Made by a program: the position numbers and the translations under genes. Under the pieces are notes generated by a model that had not been told where the DNA came from, made no database searches, and saw only the letters and a list, made by a program, of their open reading frames with translations. Positions 44,415-48,886 of a stretch of 48,886 nucleotides of DNA are shown here, in pieces. The stretch is taken from positions 1 to 48,886 of the forward strand of contig JAQULY010000001.1 of assembly GCA_028718445.1 (NCBI GenBank). Direction: 5' to 3'. This DNA comes from Kiritimatiellia bacterium (lineage in GTDB: Bacteria > Verrucomicrobiota > Kiritimatiellia > RFP12 > JAAYLN01). Numbering within the stretch: position 1 is the stretch's first letter; every line of letters starts with the position of its first letter.

Positions 44415-45428
44415 ATGTTCTCAAACAAGGTCGTTTTGATCACAGGTGGCACGGGCTCTTTCGGCAACACCATGGTGCGTCGGTTCCTCAGTGAACCATT
44501 CAAGGAGATACGCATCTTTTCCCGCGACGAAAAGAAGCAGGACGACATGCGGCATGAATATGCCAACCCGCGCATACAATTCCATATCGGCGACATTCGG
44601 GACCGGCAGTCGGTTGACAACGTCATGGCGGGGGTGAACTACATATTCCATGCGGCTGCGCTCAAACAGGTGCCTTCGTGCGAGTTCTTCCCGATACAGG
44701 CGGTTCAAACGAATATTCTCGGAACGAACAATGTTCTGGAGTCCGCCATTGCTCACGGAGTCGAGCGCATCGTGGTTCTGAGCACCGATAAAGCATGCTA
44801 TCCGATCAATGCCATGGGCATGTCCAAGGCACTCATGGAGAAGGTCGCCATAGCCAAAGGGCGCAGTCTTGGCCGGGATGCGAAAACGATCATCTGTTGC
44901 ACACGGTACGGCAATGTCATGTCAAGTCGCGGTTCGGTCATTCCGCTGTTCGTCGAGCAGATCAAGGCGGGCAAGCCGCTGACCGTCACAGACCCGGAGA
45001 TGACCCGGTTCATGATGTCGTTGGACGATGCGGTCGATCTGGTGATTTATGCCTTCCAGCATGGAGTGAACGGCGATCTCTTTGTTCAGAAGGCGCCGGC
45101 TGCAACCATTGAGACACTGGCGCGGGCGCTGATCAAGCTATATGGCGCCAAATCCGCGATCAAGATCATCGGCACGCGTCACGGCGAGAAGAAGTCGGAG
45201 ACGCTCATTACGCGCGAAGAGATGTTCAAGGCCGTGGACATCGGACGCTATTACCGGGTGCCGGCCGACACGCGCGACCTGAACTACGAGATGTTTCTTG
45301 AAAAAGGCGAGGCCCGGATCACCCAGGTGGACGATTACCAGTCCTGCAACACGCACCAGCTCGATATTGACGAAATGATTGATCTCCTGAAATCGGAGCG
45401 ATTCATCCGGGAAGACCTGGGGCTTTGA
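44415..45428 (+). CDS. fnlA: UDP-N-acetylglucosamine 4,6-dehydratase/5-epimerase (FnlA/CapE/WbjB family)
   Basis: KVVLITGGTGSFGNTMVRRFL..EIRIFSRDEKKQDDMRHEY.NPRIQFHIGDIRD closely matches the FnlA/CapE N-terminus. STDKACYPINAMGMSKALMEK shows the family-specific Met-x3-Lys in place of Tyr-x3-Lys. Confidence 0.9.
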   Translation: MFSNKVVLITGGTGSFGNTMVRRFLSEPFKEIRIFSRDEKKQDDMRHEYANPRIQFHIGDIRDRQSVDNVMAGVNYIFHAAALKQVPSCEFFPIQAVQTNILGTNNVLESAIAHGVERIVVLSTDKACYPINAMGMSKALMEKVAIAKGRSLGRDAKTIICCTRYGNVMSSRGSVIPLFVEQIKAGKPLTVTDPEMTRFMMSLDDAVDLVIYAFQHGVNGDLFVQKAPAATIETLARALIKLYGAKSAIKIIGTRHGEKKSETLITREEMFKAVDIGRYYRVPADTRDLNYEMFLEKGEARITQVDDYQSCNTHQLDIDEMIDLLKSERFIREDLGL

Positions 45429-45435
45429 GACGACT

Positions 45436-46212
45436 ATGCGGAAGACTCAAAGCGACGGGTCAACTCAGCAACAGCGCATGACCGTGCTGGTCACGGGTGC
45501 GGATGGGTTTGTCGGACGTAACCTGTGCGCGGCGCTGGAGGCGGATGCGAGCGTCGGCGTGTTGCGTTTCGATATCGGCAACGAGCCGGCGGAGCTTGAA
45601 GGCTTGGCCGCACAGGCCGCCTTCGTATTCCATCTGGCGGCCGTGATGCGTCCGCCAGATCCGCGCGCGTTCTCCGAAATCAATGTGGACCTCACCGTGA
45701 AATTGCTGGGGCTACTCCGGCGCAACCGCTTGCCGCCACCGGTGCTGCTTTCCTCGTCCATCCAGGCCGAACTGGACAACCCGTACGGCACCAGCAAGCG
45801 CGCGGCCGAGGCGGCGGTCTTTGGCTATGGCCGTGAGACCGGTGCCGAAGTGCGGGTGTACCGTTTGCCGAACCTGTTTGGCCGCTGGTGCCGTCCCAAC
45901 TACAGTTCCGCCGTGGCGACCTGGTGCCACAACATCGCGCGCGGGTTGCCGATATACGTCCGCGATCCCGCCGCGGAATTGACGCTTGGGTATATTGACG
46001 ACGTCATGCGCGAATGGCTGAAGGCCCTGCATGGCGAGCCGGCGCTGACGCAAGACGGTTTCTGTATCCTCCCCACCACCTATCGGCGTACACTGGGGCA
46101 GATCGCGGACACGCTGCATCGCTTCAAGGCGGCGAGCGACGCCGGGCAGCCCACACAGCCGCGCGACGATTTCGAGAACAAACTCTTGGCGACCTTCCAG
46201 ACCTATCTATAG
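45436..46212 (+). CDS. CapF/FnlB/WbjC-like SDR reductase domain, lacking the C-terminal cupin domain
   Basis: VLVTGADGFVGRNL, LLSSSIQAELDNPYGTSKRAAE, YRLPNLFGRWCRPNYSSAVATWCHNIARG are colinear with the CapF N-terminal domain as I remember it. The ORF stops at ...FENKLLATFQTYL, where the CapF cupin domain would begin. ATG 45478 is an alternative start. Confidence 0.75.
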   Translation: MRKTQSDGSTQQQRMTVLVTGADGFVGRNLCAALEADASVGVLRFDIGNEPAELEGLAAQAAFVFHLAAVMRPPDPRAFSEINVDLTVKLLGLLRRNRLPPPVLLSSSIQAELDNPYGTSKRAAEAAVFGYGRETGAEVRVYRLPNLFGRWCRPNYSSAVATWCHNIARGLPIYVRDPAAELTLGYIDDVMREWLKALHGEPALTQDGFCILPTTYRRTLGQIADTLHRFKAASDAGQPTQPRDDFENKLLATFQTYL

Positions 46213-46260
46213 GTCCAGCGGAATGACACCGGGACTAGTCACGGTCCATACTCTCACCCA

Positions 46261-47076
46261 GTGGTCGCGATAACGAAGCCGCTCTTCACAGTTGTGGTCC
46301 CGGTCATGAACGCCGGCCCCTTTCTGGAACGGGCGTTGCGCTCGGTGCTGGACCAAGCCGGCGACGATACCGAGGTGCTCGTGGTGGACGGCGGCAGCAC
46401 GGATGGCGGAGTGGAAGTAATCCACCGGCATGCCGACCGCCTCGCCTGGTGGTGTTCCGAGCCGGATGCGGGGCAGAGCGAGGCGCTCAACAAGGGCTTT
46501 GCGCGGGCCACTGGCGAATACCTGCTGTGGCTGAATGCCGACGATCTCCTACTGCCGGGTGCGTTGGCGAATCTGGCGGCACGAATTCGCCAATCCCCGA
46601 CGAGACCACAATGGCTGGTCGGCAACATGATGATCATAGACGCGCGCGACCGCATCCGCCGATGCCTGCGGGATGGCGCCTGGCACGATTTCCTGTACCG
46701 CCACGCGCCCGTCCGGGTTTATGGCCCCGGCGCTGTCTTCCGGCGGGAATTGTTCGAGGCCGTCGGCGGCTTTGATCCCACGCTCACCTACTGCATGGAT
46801 ACCGATCTCTGGCTCCGTTTCCAGCGAGCGGGAGCGCGCTATGTGCGCATAGACCGTTACCTGTGGGGCTTTCGCCAGCATGCGGCCTCGAAAACCAACA
46901 GTGGCGCGGCCTCGATGGAAGCGGCGCAGGCCGCGGAGCGCGCGCGGATGCATGCCAAGAACGGGCTGCAGATCCGAAGCTGGAACGTCTTGGCGAACCG
47001 GACTTTCCGTCTGCTCGGCGGCGCCTATCTGCGGGCCGGGATCGACACGCTCCGGTACCGGGGACGGCCGGTTTGA
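46261..47076 (+). CDS. glycosyltransferase family 2
   Basis: FTVVVPVMNAGPFLERALRSVLDQAGDDTEVLVVDGGSTDGG...LNADDLLLPGAL. GTG start. Paralog of 32922-33782. Confidence 0.85.
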   Translation: MVAITKPLFTVVVPVMNAGPFLERALRSVLDQAGDDTEVLVVDGGSTDGGVEVIHRHADRLAWWCSEPDAGQSEALNKGFARATGEYLLWLNADDLLLPGALANLAARIRQSPTRPQWLVGNMMIIDARDRIRRCLRDGAWHDFLYRHAPVRVYGPGAVFRRELFEAVGGFDPTLTYCMDTDLWLRFQRAGARYVRIDRYLWGFRQHAASKTNSGAASMEAAQAAERARMHAKNGLQIRSWNVLANRTFRLLGGAYLRAGIDTLRYRGRPV

Positions 47077-48074
47077 AACTCGCCTTTCTTCAGATCCACG
47101 ACGCGCCATACCGCATGGACTTTCTGCGGTACTTGACGCGGCAGCCGTCGCTCGAACTGACGGTCTTCTCGTACACACCTGCCGATACGGCGCATGCCTA
47201 TTGGGGACTGGAGGCGGACGGCTGCGTGTCGCACGACCTGGGGCGCAGGTTGACACTCGGCCCCTCCATGCTCCACTTCCGTATGTTGAATCCCTGGCTG
47301 CTCAAGCGATTCGACGCGGTCGCGGTGACAGCCCATTCGAATCTGACATCGCTGCTCGCCTATTTCTGGTGCCGGTTCTGGCGCATTCCCTATGTATACA
47401 TGGCCGATACGGTGGACGAACGGCTCACCGCATCGGTCTTCCGGGCGATCAAGGCGGCCATCTACCAGCGGGCCGCCTTTCTGTTTGTTACCGGTTGTGT
47501 TTCCAAGCGTTTCTTCAAGGAGCGGTACGGCGTGCCCGATTCGAAGTTGCTTGCCGGCTACTACAGTTTCGATTACGAAAAGATACGGGCATGGGCAGAC
47601 GAGGGTCGGCGGCAGCGAGATGCCGTGCGGTGCGGACTCGGCGTGGCGCAGGATGACGAGCTCTCGATTATGGCGGCCAATTTCCAGCCTTTCAGGGAGC
47701 AATTGGGCTTGATACGCCGCTTCGAGAGACGTCCCGCGGGACATCTTCTGCTGATCGGCGAGGGCACATGCCTGCCGGCATGCCGGAAGTATGTCGAGAG
47801 CCAGGGACTGAGCAGCAGGGTCCATTTCCTGCCGGGGATGAGCTTCGAGGATCTGGTACGACTGCTGCCGGCGGGCGATGTCTATGTGCATACGGGGCGC
47901 GAACCCTATTCGACAATGCCACTGCTCGCCAGGCTGGCCGGTCTACGGTTGGGTGACCATGGCGACATTCCGGCCTTCGAGGATCTGGAAGGTGAGGCGG
48001 TGTCGGAGGCGTTTGATGCACCGGTGGTTGCCGCGCGTTTTGCCGAACGATGCCTCTCTGCGACCTCCAAGTGA
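47073..48074 (+). CDS. glycosyltransferase (GT-B, family 4/1-like)
   Basis: (L)KLAFLQIHDAPYRMDF N-terminus and C-terminal LLLIGEGTC...VYVHTGREPYSTMPLLARLAG. TTG 47073 overlaps the upstream TGA (TTGA). The long upstream ORF extension lies inside the previous gene. Confidence 0.65.
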   Translation: MKLAFLQIHDAPYRMDFLRYLTRQPSLELTVFSYTPADTAHAYWGLEADGCVSHDLGRRLTLGPSMLHFRMLNPWLLKRFDAVAVTAHSNLTSLLAYFWCRFWRIPYVYMADTVDERLTASVFRAIKAAIYQRAAFLFVTGCVSKRFFKERYGVPDSKLLAGYYSFDYEKIRAWADEGRRQRDAVRCGLGVAQDDELSIMAANFQPFREQLGLIRRFERRPAGHLLLIGEGTCLPACRKYVESQGLSSRVHFLPGMSFEDLVRLLPAGDVYVHTGREPYSTMPLLARLAGLRLGDHGDIPAFEDLEGEAVSEAFDAPVVAARFAERCLSATSK

Positions 48075-48091
48075 CCGCGGCGAAAGATGCC

Positions 48092-48886
48092 ATGCGGATA
48101 CTCCACATTGTGGCAGGGCTATCGCCGGAGAGCGGCATCGCTGTCGTAGTGCTGGCCCTGGCGAATGCGCAAACTCAACTGGGACACCAGGCGAAGGTTC
48201 TCACGCTGAGCGACGACGCCGGCGGCACTGGCGCGGAAGGCGACGATGCGCCGATACCGGTCGTTCGCTTCCGGCGGGCGTGGCCGAAGGCGTTATGCTG
48301 GTCGTGGGGGCTGTTTCGCGCGTTGCCGCGATTGGTGCGGAAAGCCGATGCGGTGCATGTGCATTCGAACTGGACCTTCCCTGTCTGGTGGGGATGCCTG
48401 TGCGCCCTGATGGCGGGCAAATGGTTGGTGATGTCGCCGCATGGTAATTGCGATCCGGTGCGTCTGCGCCATTCGGCCTGGAAGAAGCGCGCCGTGGCGT
48501 GGCTGGACCGCGCCTTGTTGCGGCGGGCCAACGCGATACACGCTACGTCGGAGGCTGAAGCGGAATGGGTAAAGAAATTCCTGAAGATTGAGCAGTCAAA
48601 GGCGCCGGCAGAACGGGGCTGCATGAAGCGACGCTCGACGCTCGACGCTCGACGCTCAACGCTCAGTTCCCCGGCAAGCAAAGATCAACCAAAGCCGCGG
48701 ATTGTGGTGATTCCCAATGGAGTGGAAATGGCGCTGGGCAGTGGGCAGTTGGCCGTTGTCCGGGAGGCGGGAACAAGTGGGCCGCGGACAGTGCTTTATC
48801 TTGGGCGATTGCATCCGCTCAAAGGGCTTGAGTTGCTGGTGGAGGCGTGGGGGATATTGCGACAACCATCGCGACCGCTTTATGGC
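48092..48886 (+). CDS. glycosyltransferase family 4, 5'-partial view (runs off the window)
   Basis: My own translation, as it is open to the window end and so absent from the ORF track: MRILHIVAGLSPESGIAVVVLALANAQTQLGHQAKVLTL...HVHSNWTFPVWW...IVVIPNGVE...VLYLGRLHPLKGLELLVEAW. Contains an in-frame heptamer-repeat insert. Confidence 0.8.
   Translation, partial: MRILHIVAGLSPESGIAVVVLALANAQTQLGHQAKVLTLSDDAGGTGAEGDDAPIPVVRFRRAWPKALCWSWGLFRALPRLVRKADAVHVHSNWTFPVWWGCLCALMAGKWLVMSPHGNCDPVRLRHSAWKKRAVAWLDRALLRRANAIHATSEAEAEWVKKFLKIEQSKAPAERGCMKRRSTLDARRSTLSSPASKDQPKPRIVVIPNGVEMALGSGQLAVVREAGTSGPRTVLYLGRLHPLKGLELLVEAWGILRQPSRPLYG
48629..48665 (+). repeat. heptanucleotide tandem repeat inside a CDS
   Basis: CGACGCT x4 perfect (48629-48656), then CAACGCT. 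Read in frame as RRSTLDARRSTLS within the partial GT4 gene. Confidence 0.9.

Overview
GC-rich bacterial chromosomal segment. The prepilin-type N-termini (GFTLVEIM) look like those of the PVC superphylum (Verrucomicrobia, Kiritimatiellia, Lentisphaerae, Planctomycetes), but that is only a guess. No transposase, integrase, CRISPR array or rRNA was found. Positions 1-15.5 kb hold mixed housekeeping and envelope genes: tRNA-Tyr, a PAS/DHp sensor lacking an ATPase domain, a minus-strand trio of minor-pseudopilin-like genes (150, 702 and 354 aa) behind a GH78-like rhamnosidase, a separate GspG-like pseudopilin with a clean terminator, an XRE-type regulator, a lactonase, a peroxiredoxin and the conserved rpe-lepA-lepB block. 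From 15.6 kb to the window end, about 33 kb is one plus-strand, tightly packed and often start/stop-overlapping surface-polysaccharide locus of Wzx/Wzy type. It carries about 10 glycosyltransferases, 4 intact methyltransferases plus 1 decayed one, 3 acyl/acetyltransferases, a coupled DegT/ATP-grasp/SDR/metallophosphoesterase cassette, a CapK-like adenylating enzyme, a putative GT-C plus polyprenyl-phosphate-sugar synthase module, and an FnlA/CapE gene followed by a CapF homolog without its cupin domain. Four observations deserve most attention. (1) A degenerate heptanucleotide tandem repeat family (AACGCTC-like) sits on gene boundaries, and one tract lies in frame inside a glycosyltransferase gene. 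(2) A lower-GC mosaic at 38.5-42.2 kb contains a multiply disrupted methyltransferase and a ghost copy of the upstream gene junction. (3) The coupled amino-sugar tailoring cassette has no textbook pathway assignment. (4) The CapF homolog lacks its cupin domain. All calls come from reading the sequence and ORF translations; no database search was run.
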